In this document: piece by piece, positions 33,801 to 42,241 of the stretch
How positions within the stretch are numbered: the stretch's first letter is position 1
Layout of the letters: every line of letters begins with the position of its first letter
Position numbers and translations under genes: made by a program
The notes under the pieces: generated by a model
Told to the model about the DNA's origin: nothing
Seen by the model: the letters and a program-made list of their open reading frames with translations, nothing else
Databases searched by the model: none
Virus record (IMG/VR): IMGVR_UViG_3300028393_000021
Source: a virus
Length of the DNA: 64,000 nucleotides
Direction: 5' to 3' (one strand)

Positions 33801-36187
33801 ACAGTTACTGGTTGATATGAATTCGCTACTAACTTTGTGAATACTTTAGGTGTTATAACTGTAGGTACAATTGCCCTTGTATTAACAGTTAATGTAAATG
33901 TACCGGTTGCAACCTGCTTTGCTTGATCAGTTACTGTAACTGAAAAAGTAGTAGCAGTTATTAGATATGTTGACGGTGTACCTGTTATCTCACCATTCGA
34001 TGTATTAAAATTAAGTCCGGTGGGCAACAATACATTATTTGTACCAGTGATAACATATTTTAATGTACTGTATCCGGGTGATGTTGTATAAACCGGAGTA
34101 AATGCAGTTACTGGATCTTTATGTAATAATGTTTTACTTCCAATTGATCCTACAGTTAATGGAAGTGGATTATCTATTTGAATAGTAAATGCAGTACTAC
34201 TTGTTTGCAATGCTGCATCAGTGACTGTGACAGTATAAGAAGCTACACCACTTGTTGCAGTAGTAGGGGTTCCAGAAATAGTTCCACCAACAACTGATCC
34301 ATTTGTTACAGTTGTAAATGCTAGTCCTAATTGTGAAGTTATATTAGGTGCAATAGAATATTTGTATGCGCCATCACCATTAGATGCAGTTACTGGGGCA
34401 GCGGATGTGATAGGTACACCTACTGTACCTGATATTCTACCAACAACTGCTAATGTAGTGTTTAATGGTACAGACAGAATAGACAGCGTAAATGTTGCAG
34501 TCTTGGTTTGAGGTGTCGGAGCTTGGTCAGTTACTGTTACTATAAAGGGAGTCGACGACAACAACCCACTAGGAGTACCACTAAGAACACCTGCACTTGA
34601 AAAACTCAGCCCAACTGACGCTAGTGTAGCAGTATTCGTTACAGTAAATGTTTTATTCAAATAACCATTATTAGCACTAATTGGGCTAGTTGGCAACCCT
34701 GCCGAACTGTTCTTAGTTAAACTAATTGTTGGCGAATTAACTGATACTGTTAATGCCGGTAATGCAGTTATCTCTAAAGAAAAAGATAATTTATTAGTGG
34801 TCGGAGGAGTATTTGAATCAGCGACAGTAACTTCAAAACTTTTTACGCCGCCTGTTACTGTGGTTCCGGGTCCTCGAACAGTACCAGTTGTAAAAGTTAA
34901 ACCATACGCTATTACATCCGGTGATATTGTATAACTTAGTGGAGCAATACCGCCTGTGCCTAATATTGGTTTAAATTCTGTAAATGGAACTGTTTGAACA
35001 TACGAATATGCTTGACTTTGAGCTAACGCAACATTTACCGCAGGTGCTTTAACTTCTAATGTAATTAATTTAGATGAAGTTGCTCCAGCACCATCAGTGA
35101 CAAGTATTGTATATGATTGAGACCCTGATGCAGAGGTAGGCGTCCCTGATATTACCCCAGTTGAATTTATGGATAAACCAGTTGGTAGGCCACCAGGCGC
35201 AGTAAAAGTCTTAGTACCGGTACCTCCCAATGATCTAACAGGTGTAAACGATACTGCAACATTCTGCGATAATACTGAATTATACGGATCTAGTACTGTG
35301 TCTAAAGGTTGAGCACCACCGGTGATTTCTAAATTAAAAGATTCAGTTTTACTCTGACCTGTAGCATCGGTAAATCTAACAGTAAAGCTCTTTTTTGCCA
35401 ACGGAGCAGTAGGGGTACCGGCAATTAAAATCTCAGTATAATTATACCACGATAAAACTCCACCTGCATCAGGTATTGTTTTTTGACCCACATCAGTAAT
35501 AGTGGTTAAAGATGTACTACTCCAGGATACTTGATTTGGGATTCCTGTTCCACCGCTTGCAGCAGGACTTGCATTGTATTTTAAAGTAATACTAGTTGCC
35601 GTTACAGCTTTACATTCCCAAATACCATTATATGATAATTTAGACTGTCCCCGTACAGCATAAAATTTTCCAACAACTGGAGATAACCCTGTTAATTTAC
35701 TTGCAGTAAATGTAAATGTTACTTGAAATGTTGCGTCTTGTGTGGGAGCTGTACCTGTAACATCTATGGTCGTTACGCTAGTATATAAACTTAGTCCATC
35801 GGGTAATGTATCCACTGTGACAGTGTATGGACACGGAGTGGTAGAAGGATTTGCTGCGCCACCGTATACAGATATGGGGACAAATGATGTGAGCTGACCA
35901 ACTGCTGTTAAATTATCCAGTGATAATACACTTGATATTAATCCAGGAACTGTTCCAGTTCCCTTGCCCATGGGGCTAATGCCACTTAATCCAAGATATG
36001 TATTTGCAGGGTTAAAACTACCGTATGCTATTTTACCTGCATTAAAAGTGTTGCCAAGTGTACCTACGGATGCTACACCAGTAGGGACACCGCCAATATA
36101 TATGTCTTGGCTTCCTGCGAATGCATCTGCTAGTATAGCAGCAGGATTCGGTGTTTTCGGGGGAATGGGGGAAAAGAATATAGACAC
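30815..36187 (-). CDS. Large surface protein with about 12 putative Ig-like domains and Gly-X-Y repeats
   Basis: Repeated LPxGLxFxxxxGxISGTP...FTVTVTD units, then GYTGS repeats and a APxGPVAGDRWLD....LVW motif. Confidence 0.88.
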   Translation of the reverse strand: MSIFFSPIPPKTPNPAAILADAFAGSQDIYIGGVPTGVASVGTLGNTFNAGKIAYGSFNPANTYLGLSGISPMGKGTGTVPGLISSVLSLDNLTAVGQLTSFVPISVYGGAANPSTTPCPYTVTVDTLPDGLSLYTSVTTIDVTGTAPTQDATFQVTFTFTASKLTGLSPVVGKFYAVRGQSKLSYNGIWECKAVTATSITLKYNASPAASGGTGIPNQVSWSSTSLTTITDVGQKTIPDAGGVLSWYNYTEILIAGTPTAPLAKKSFTVRFTDATGQSKTESFNLEITGGAQPLDTVLDPYNSVLSQNVAVSFTPVRSLGGTGTKTFTAPGGLPTGLSINSTGVISGTPTSASGSQSYTILVTDGAGATSSKLITLEVKAPAVNVALAQSQAYSYVQTVPFTEFKPILGTGGIAPLSYTISPDVIAYGLTFTTGTVRGPGTTVTGGVKSFEVTVADSNTPPTTNKLSFSLEITALPALTVSVNSPTISLTKNSSAGLPTSPISANNGYLNKTFTVTNTATLASVGLSFSSAGVLSGTPSGLLSSTPFIVTVTDQAPTPQTKTATFTLSILSVPLNTTLAVVGRISGTVGVPITSAAPVTASNGDGAYKYSIAPNITSQLGLAFTTVTNGSVVGGTISGTPTTATSGVASYTVTVTDAALQTSSTAFTIQIDNPLPLTVGSIGSKTLLHKDPVTAFTPVYTTSPGYSTLKYVITGTNNVLLPTGLNFNTSNGEITGTPSTYLITATTFSVTVTDQAKQVATGTFTLTVNTRAIVPTVITPKVFTKLVANSYQPVTVTGGSEVYTYAINPSPSLPPNLSFSTVTGVLSGTAASTSTSGSNTYTVTVTDSLNTQSISTFVLTVQDAPALATTSTISSSTFYKNESIGSAITPVTIVSPGTPPLKFETLPTDLAADTGLTFSTTNGQISGSPSTNTNGTKTYTIKVTDGLGQISSQTYALIVTYRPLATAYAPPSVAPVNMQLTRGKLITSFTPVTATYGAGGNSFTLSPLITFNNIGGLNFNNSTGEISGTPSTTLLTTTTFTVTVTDSANNSSFKTFNLYIKEPPSLTTTATTASVTLLLNSSFPSFTPVLGSGGEGTIKYTKPPNLPSGLIFDLSSGAISGVASITSATTTYVVTATDSLTVPQTSSTSFLLNVVPKPITISIDHPTINGTALQYITPIIPISAQGSGNLTYALDRSLPSSLRYINGTIDETPIAGTDTTFTVTVTDTYGQSNSGSFRLLINEITPDPLVATAGQSIYSLEIYSTNNFQPVTAIGGIAPYTYSILPTTLPSGLEFDPISGHLLGQVDTKFSSTNYVVTVYDKKPQSTTATFNLEVIIPVIVAGKGYSGSRGFTGSRGFTGSLGYIGSTGYTGSASTATGYIGSFGYTGSQGFTGSQGVVGYWGSFGYTGSFGYTGSMAYTGSVGYTGSTGYVGSTGYTGSTGYWGSVGYAGSRGFTGSVGFSGSRGFTGSRGIQGIQGVRGADGIQGIDGNDGSQGERGELGYIGSTGFTGSLGYVGSLGYTGSIGFTGSQGIDGFVGSQGIPGAYAALGYFGSTGYTGSEGYAGSKGESSFVYSDTAPQGGPDGPVAGDRWLDALTGAELVWTDDGSSANWVEIAASGFLGLQGNTGYWGSTGYRGSVGYWGSFGYTGSLGYIGSTGYTGSVGINSRSTIAGTIVALANQNTGSINITAFKGYNLYKIQTSAAAWVRIYATSAARTADLYRLSNLDPASDAGVITEVITTISQTITLTPAVLGFNDENPVTNIIPISVTNYSGASTSITVTLTMVQTEV

Positions 36188-36219
36188 AGTATGATATTTA
36201 TTTTATTAAATTTACATTA

Positions 36220-38709
36220 TTACGCCACAACCGGATACAATTGTAGGAGATTAAGTACACCGCCACCAGTGTCAACCATGACATATAAAACAGGCAAGAT
36301 AGGATCACCGGGCGCTGCTCCCGAACCATCATCATAATAAAAATCCCCATTTTTCATATCACTAGTGGTTAATCCAAGAGCAACATCGGAATTGAGATAC
36401 ATTTTTGCAGGAGAAGTTGATTGAGTAGTTCCATCTGGGAATGTTATATTTCCGCCCAGTCCTAGGATTATAGTAGCAAATGTAACTGTACTGGTAGTGT
36501 TTAAATCTTGATTGGCGCCTGGACCTTGACTGCCAGTATAACCAAAACTACCCCAATACCCTCGACTACCGGTAAAACCAAAACTACCCCAATACCCTGC
36601 ACTACCATTATATCCAGCAGATCCATTATAACCAGCAGAACCATTATAACCAGCAGATCCATTATAACCAGCAGATCCATTATAACCAGCACTACCCCAA
36701 TAACCTTGATCACCTCGACTACCGGTAAAACCAACACTACCAAAATACCCCTGAGCACCCGATACTCCTAGTGATCCCCGTGATCCCGTAAATCCATCAA
36801 CGCCTTGACTACCAGTAAATCCTAGACTACCAGTAAATCCTAGACTACCAGTAAATCCTATAGCGCCTTGGGTTCCTGTACTACCAGTAAATCCAATAAT
36901 ACCAATACTACCACTATACCCCCTACTACCTGTTGGGCCTACGGGACCTGATATTACTCCAACGTTTACCCAACCTGCCGCAGCACCGCTAATATTACCA
37001 GTCCAGACTATTAAAGAACCGTCCGATGCATCTATATAACCGTCACCTAATGAACCAATATAACCATTTGGTGGGGGGCTGCCATCATACAACGGCTGTA
37101 CCATGTATCCCAATGAGTCAACATAATAGGGATTAGATAGATAATATGTACTAGTGACTTCACCTTTAATTTTAACTGAAGTACCATCTTTGCCTCGACT
37201 ACCACTATAACCTAGTTCGCCTCGACTACCGGTATAACCAACGCTGCCAGTATAACCAACGCTGCCAGTATACCCAACGCTGCCAGTATACCCAAAGCTA
37301 CCGGTATAACCAATGTAACCTTGACTACCTGTAAATCCGGAGCTACCTGTGTAACCTCGACTACCTGTAAATCCAAAACTACCTGTGAATCCGTCTATAC
37401 CCTGACTACCTGTAAATCCAAAGCTACCAGTATAACCTTGACTACCTGTAAATCCAAAACTACCTGTAAATCCAAAGCTACCAGTATAACCGAAGCTACC
37501 CCAATAACCTGTACTACCTATATATCCTAGACTACCAGTATATCCTAGACTACCAGTATATCCTAGACTACCAGTATATCCTAGACTACCAGTATAACCA
37601 ATGTTGCCTTGACTACCAGTATAACCTTGACTACCTGTAAATCCAAAACTACCTGTATAACCAAAACTACCTGTATACCCTGTGCTACCCTCATGCCCTT
37701 GACTACCTGTATAACCGATAGATCCAGTATAACCTTGACTACCTGTGTAACCAAAGCTACCTGTATAACCAAAGCTACCTGTATAACCAAAGCTACCTGT
37801 ATAACCAAAGCTACCTGTATAACCAAAGCTACCAATGTAACCTCGACTACCTGTATAACCAATAGATCCAGTATAACCTATACTACCTATATAACCACTA
37901 GCAGTGCTTGCTGAACCGGTATAACCACTACTACCTGCGTAACCTCGACTACCATAAAATCCTTGCGGGCCTCGAATTTTACCTACATTTGTCCACCCTT
38001 GGCCAGTCCAAACATGAAGTTCACCGTCTTCTTGTGTAATGATAATACCATCGCCGGGGTTGGTCCCAGGAAGCAGACCATATTCTAAATTTAATTCAGA
38101 TGCATAATCTAAGCTACCTATAATTTTTACGGAAGTACCTGCAGGTCCTTGTATACCTTGACTACCTACATATCCAATATAGCCTTGACTACCAGTGAAC
38201 CCGACACTACCTGCGTAACCTCGACTACCAGTAAATCCAAAGCTACCACTATAACCTAAATTACCTTGACTACCTGTATACCCTATTACCCTGCCTGCAT
38301 CAATCCATGTGGTAGTACCCTTAACCCATAAATCTCCAGTTGCACTATCTATTACACTTGTGCCTGAAATTGCAGTAGAAAATGCTGCATTTAATGTTGT
38401 TTGAGGATTGTTAGGAGGGGAAACATTTACATCGGGTACAGAACCAGCAACATTAATAATTGTGCCGCCACCAACATTACTAGAGATAGTAACTGTTGTT
38501 CCAGAAGTAGTAACTGTTGTTCCGGTACCACCGATTATAGTTGGCAGTAATTCGGAGTTGGCAAACATTCTAATGCCGCCTGGAGTAACTCCGTCACCCA
38601 ATCTTAGGTCGCCAGTAGTTTCATCCCAAAAGAGAACACCCGGAGCACCGATGAACTGTTCGGCAACGACCGTTATTATTCTACTACCGGATAATTTATA
38701 CATTGGCAT
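36220..38709 (-). CDS. Gly-X-Y repeat fibre-like protein
   Basis: N-terminal FIG..G.LFWD..TGDLRLGDGVTPGG, GYTGS/GFTGS/GYNGSA runs, GDG(Y)I...DG.L.VW.G..W inserts. Confidence 0.85.
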   Translation of the reverse strand: MPMYKLSGSRIITVVAEQFIGAPGVLFWDETTGDLRLGDGVTPGGIRMFANSELLPTIIGGTGTTVTTSGTTVTISSNVGGGTIINVAGSVPDVNVSPPNNPQTTLNAAFSTAISGTSVIDSATGDLWVKGTTTWIDAGRVIGYTGSQGNLGYSGSFGFTGSRGYAGSVGFTGSQGYIGYVGSQGIQGPAGTSVKIIGSLDYASELNLEYGLLPGTNPGDGIIITQEDGELHVWTGQGWTNVGKIRGPQGFYGSRGYAGSSGYTGSASTASGYIGSIGYTGSIGYTGSRGYIGSFGYTGSFGYTGSFGYTGSFGYTGSFGYTGSQGYTGSIGYTGSQGHEGSTGYTGSFGYTGSFGFTGSQGYTGSQGNIGYTGSLGYTGSLGYTGSLGYTGSLGYIGSTGYWGSFGYTGSFGFTGSFGFTGSQGYTGSFGFTGSQGIDGFTGSFGFTGSRGYTGSSGFTGSQGYIGYTGSFGYTGSVGYTGSVGYTGSVGYTGSRGELGYSGSRGKDGTSVKIKGEVTSTYYLSNPYYVDSLGYMVQPLYDGSPPPNGYIGSLGDGYIDASDGSLIVWTGNISGAAAGWVNVGVISGPVGPTGSRGYSGSIGIIGFTGSTGTQGAIGFTGSLGFTGSLGFTGSQGVDGFTGSRGSLGVSGAQGYFGSVGFTGSRGDQGYWGSAGYNGSAGYNGSAGYNGSAGYNGSAGYNGSAGYWGSFGFTGSRGYWGSFGYTGSQGPGANQDLNTTSTVTFATIILGLGGNITFPDGTTQSTSPAKMYLNSDVALGLTTSDMKNGDFYYDDGSGAAPGDPILPVLYVMVDTGGGVLNLLQLYPVVA

Positions 38710-38734
38710 CTGGGTCTTCCTCCCTCAAACGCCT

Positions 38735-38983
38735 CTAAGGCAACTGCTTGGTTTCTGGATCTACTTCGTCTTGTGTAAGATCTTTAATGATTGGACTGAT
38801 TTTTCCAACATCAGCTTTTTGTAATTCGATCTGTTGTTGTAATGGAGGCACCATAACTGGATCTTGTTTTAATTCACTTGGATCAATTGGGCCGTCATTT
38901 TGACCCATGTCGATTTCAGGTTCACCATCACCATTAATTTTAATATTGATTGGGATATTTATTGTAAATTCTCGTGCTCTCAT
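38735..38983 (-). CDS. Acidic hypothetical protein with MRAREF N-terminus
   Basis: 82 aa, ATAAATA immediately upstream. Confidence 0.7.
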   Translation of the reverse strand: MRAREFTINIPINIKINGDGEPEIDMGQNDGPIDPSELKQDPVMVPPLQQQIELQKADVGKISPIIKDLTQDEVDPETKQLP

Positions 38984-38991
38984 ACTAGTAT

Positions 38992-39858
38992 TTATGTTAT
39001 AGGACTACTACTCAAGTACTGTGGATATCTCTTATTAAAATGGCGCATGATAATGCCCGCCATTTGATTAGCTTGATTCTCTTCTGGACTACCTGTGTTG
39101 CCACTTTGGTCGTTCAGTTGGTGTTCTGAGTCCTGTTTATAGTGTGTTAGTTCGTGTGCCACTGTACGTAGTATGTCGTTCGGATGACGGTCTGCCAGTG
39201 CAACATGCAGGGTATGCTTACCATTGACATACATACCAAATGTTGGTTGCTGTGTATCTTTGATATGCGATGTAAAATGCATCTTAGGCAAATGATCTAA
39301 CTCTAAGTAATGCATGGCTAGAGGTAAGAATTTAGAAAACATTTCTACAAAGTTTTTTATTTCTTCTTTACTGATTGATTCCTGCAGATTGCTGTCAAAT
39401 TTACCGCTAGGTAATGAAAGACTAAATTTTATAGAAATTGCTGATCTAAATTTATCGTAATTTACATTATTAGAAAATAAGAAAGTTTGATAATATGAAG
39501 AATTGTGTAATCGAGAATCTGGCAACTTACTTCCGTCCGAGAATTTATATATTGTCATTCCATTTTCGTTCTTTACATCAACTAATTTAACTGGAGTTGT
39601 GTTGGTGTTCCCATAAACTTTTAAACCAACTGATAACAATGCAAGACATACAGGAATAAATTTTGAACCAACTTTTGGTTCATCTGAATAATGAGAAAGA
39701 TTTTTAATGTACTCAATGTCAGCAGAATTTATATTATTGTTTTCTAATAATACACCTGCTTGTTTATAATGGAACTGTTCAAACAATTCTAAATTAACAT
39801 CAATGTCTGAATTCCCATTTATATCAACAAGGGGTTTAGTAAAATCTTGTGCTCGCAT
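38992..39858 (-). CDS. Protein with C-terminal zincin metallopeptidase domain (HExxH)
   Basis: Start moved to MRAQDF at 39858; ILRTVAHELTH followed by SPEENQAN..AG (third ligand Glu). Confidence 0.75.
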   Translation of the reverse strand: MRAQDFTKPLVDINGNSDIDVNLELFEQFHYKQAGVLLENNNINSADIEYIKNLSHYSDEPKVGSKFIPVCLALLSVGLKVYGNTNTTPVKLVDVKNENGMTIYKFSDGSKLPDSRLHNSSYYQTFLFSNNVNYDKFRSAISIKFSLSLPSGKFDSNLQESISKEEIKNFVEMFSKFLPLAMHYLELDHLPKMHFTSHIKDTQQPTFGMYVNGKHTLHVALADRHPNDILRTVAHELTHYKQDSEHQLNDQSGNTGSPEENQANQMAGIIMRHFNKRYPQYLSSSPIT

Positions 39859-39862
39859 AGTA

Positions 39863-40648
39863 TTATGTTTTATATCCTCGATCGCCGGGTTTAATCTCGT
39901 AGCTGCCCTTTGACCAATTTTTACCATACTGATTTTGTGGTAATAGATCATCAAAACTCAAATTTTTAGAAATTCTATCTTTAATAGCAGCATAGGCTTT
40001 TTTAACAACGGCCTCATTGTCAATCATATAATATGGTTGTATAATACTACCTGAGGTAGGAGTATTACGATATGCTATAGTCCATGTATTGGTGTAGTTG
40101 TCTGTCTTAAGTTCTAATTTTTTTGGATCAGTATATTTTTTGGCAGGAGGTATTTCTTTAGGTGCATTAGGTTCAGTTGTTTTAGGTTCAGCAAATGATC
40201 TCCAAGGCTCTATTTTAACACCCAATTCTTTAAAGTGAGTGACGATTGCAGGCGGCACTTTTAATTTTGGATCATATTGTACAGCAACAACATATGGCGC
40301 TTTTACAGGAATAGGTTTATAAACTCGTTCTTCGGATTCTGTTCTACCATATCCTATACCAACTTTAGGTTTAGCAATAATGCCTGCTTGAGTTAGTGCA
40401 TCTTTATCAACAACAAACTGAGCAACTCCTCCTCCGTAGGGGAATCTTAATCGTTGATCTCTAGTTAGACTAATAACATCCGGATTGGCTTCTTCACTAT
40501 CATCATCAGGATTACGATCAAAATCGAATACTCCTTGCGGCTTAATAAATCCACTTTTTAATATGGCAGATACAGTTTTACCATCAGGTACTCCGTGATA
40601 TAGGTAGTTTCCGCTAACTGCTTCTACAATAAATTCAAGTGCTCGCAT
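39863..40648 (-). CDS. Putative ADP-ribosyltransferase-fold protein with MRALEF N-terminus
   Basis: YLYHG....V..ILKSG.I.P, then ISLTRD and ESEERV, matching the spacing of ART-fold catalytic strands. Confidence 0.5.
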   Translation of the reverse strand: MRALEFIVEAVSGNYLYHGVPDGKTVSAILKSGFIKPQGVFDFDRNPDDDSEEANPDVISLTRDQRLRFPYGGGVAQFVVDKDALTQAGIIAKPKVGIGYGRTESEERVYKPIPVKAPYVVAVQYDPKLKVPPAIVTHFKELGVKIEPWRSFAEPKTTEPNAPKEIPPAKKYTDPKKLELKTDNYTNTWTIAYRNTPTSGSIIQPYYMIDNEAVVKKAYAAIKDRISKNLSFDDLLPQNQYGKNWSKGSYEIKPGDRGYKT

Positions 40649-40661
40649 AGTGTTATTTAGT

Positions 40662-40793
40662 TGCCGCTTACTTTATGCGGCGCTGACTTTATTAAGGCGC
40701 AGCAGTGTAATTACACCCGGTGCTTACGGCACAACTCGGACGCCCGGGCAAGCAAGCTCGCCCCCGTGACGACAACGGTCCCTAAGGTAAGGG
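40662..40793 (-). ncRNA. Candidate structured non-coding RNA
   Basis: GC-rich island with several hairpins on the minus strand, including GGGCGAG-CUUG-CUUGCCC, GUGC-CGUAA-GCAC, GUGUAAUUACAC and GCCGC-9nt-GCGGC. Confidence 0.45.
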
Positions 40794-40924
40794 TTATTCT
40801 TCCGGGTATGGGATACCGATCATACTTAATCCAAATCTACTCAACCCCTCAACAATATCGTTAAACAGCATTGTAAGAATTGCAAGGACGGTTGGGCCCA
40901 TCATCCTCTGGATAGACTGGATAA

Positions 40925-41749
40925 TCATTGTTGGTTGTTAGAAGTATTTGTACCACACTTCTGCCTCTTGCTGTTAGTCAATGCGCCAAAATCTACAGGC
41001 CATTCTTGCCCGGGTTGTAATTCTTTGGCATCTTTAGGATAAGCATACTTAACTCCGGCAGCAATTTCAATTTGTCCAACTGGTACACGGAACTTGGTCA
41101 AATCATTACCCAAGTTAGGATATGGTTTGGTGTGAGGGAATGCCCATCCCGCAATTTCATTTGTTTGATTATTAATTACAATTTTATAGAAACCATGTGG
41201 AACAATTACCCCTGCTCCAATTTTTGGATCTTGGCCATTGTACATACCACCAACATAGACTGTATAACTTTGATTACGCTGTACAGTCCATCCACGTACA
41301 CTAGTTTCTAACAGCTTCCAAATGCCTCGATTTAATGATCCGGCCTGCGGACTCATATTGGTCATTAGGAAACTTTCATACTCTACTTGTACATCCCATG
41401 ATAGATCACCGTCTGGACTCATGTGTCCTTTGTCATAACCTGTACCTGCATAGTCATCCGGACGAGCACCACCTGGAACACTTTGATCAGCCACAAAAGC
41501 ATTAGTACGGGCAACACATCCCAGAGCGTTTTGCGGCAATAGTTCGTAGGTTACATATTTTGGTAGTTTAGCAGCCGCATCATATCCTACTAGATACGCT
41601 TGGCGACAAATTGGTTGTACACCTACTGTTTGTGGGAATCCATATGGTGCATGTACTTTACAGGTTTGTGGATCTTGTGGAGCACGTTGTTCCCAGGCTT
41701 GTACCGGATTCGATACCGCTAGTAACAATACAAGTAGAATTTGTTTCAT
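40925..41749 (-). CDS. DNA/RNA non-specific endonuclease (Serratia NucA-like) with signal peptide
   Basis: Signal peptide MKQILLVLLLAVSNPVQA; Y.VGYD...K.P.YV.Y, YDKGHMSP, FLMTNMSPQ...LNRG.W..LE..VR, VP.GFYKI. Confidence 0.92.
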   Translation of the reverse strand: MKQILLVLLLAVSNPVQAWEQRAPQDPQTCKVHAPYGFPQTVGVQPICRQAYLVGYDAAAKLPKYVTYELLPQNALGCVARTNAFVADQSVPGGARPDDYAGTGYDKGHMSPDGDLSWDVQVEYESFLMTNMSPQAGSLNRGIWKLLETSVRGWTVQRNQSYTVYVGGMYNGQDPKIGAGVIVPHGFYKIVINNQTNEIAGWAFPHTKPYPNLGNDLTKFRVPVGQIEIAAGVKYAYPKDAKELQPGQEWPVDFGALTNSKRQKCGTNTSNNQQ

Positions 41750-41750
41750 A

Positions 41751-42053
41751 TTAAACTAACGGAACTATGGATAATACACCCGATCCAGCACTGGCAATTA
41801 CTGATACTTTATCGCCTGAGTTGAAATTAAACTCCAATGGCATATTTGATGGCATAACAAATCCAGATGAGGAAGCATTTGTATTTGTACCAAATGCTAG
41901 ATAAACAACTGAGGTAGCTGCTGATCCGCCTGAAGTAATTAAAATTCTAGAAGAATAGATTGCTGTGCTTGTAGTAGCGGAAACATTGCCAAAAATAACA
42001 TTTTGATATCTAGCGGTACCTGTAGATGTGTATAGTGTAATACGTTTATCCAT
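41751..42053 (-). CDS. Hypothetical beta-rich protein, likely structural
   Basis: 100 aa, GGA SD, TAAATA upstream. Confidence 0.65.
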   Translation of the reverse strand: MDKRITLYTSTGTARYQNVIFGNVSATTSTAIYSSRILITSGGSAATSVVYLAFGTNTNASSSGFVMPSNMPLEFNFNSGDKVSVIASAGSGVLSIVPLV

Positions 42054-42129
42054 AATATTTTCCTTATTATAGATTATTTACCATATTAAGTTAGATATGA
42101 TATGGTAATTTTTGGTATACCTGGTTTAG

Positions 42130-42158
42130 TTGACTCTTTTTTAAGCCTATGCTATAAT
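42130..42158 (+). promoter_or_regulatory. Sigma70-type promoter
   Basis: TTGACT-17 bp-TATAAT with extended TGn -10. Confidence 0.7.
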
Positions 42159-42241
42159 ATTATACTAAGTGGTATATTTGTTCAATAAATACATGTCTAA
42201 TATGCTTCTCAAACTACACCTTTATTATGTGAGATTTTAAA

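Noticed and set aside
21504-38824. Many short track ORFs with [13 protein letters not shown] or YQYNL periodicity
   Set aside because: Alternative-frame and antisense readings of the 18-bp GYTGSx repeats, with no independent start signals
40661-40864. Track ORF 40661..40864 (+) and ORF 59528..59842 (-)
   Set aside because: No SD, atypical composition, and they overlap regions better explained as structured or regulatory DNA
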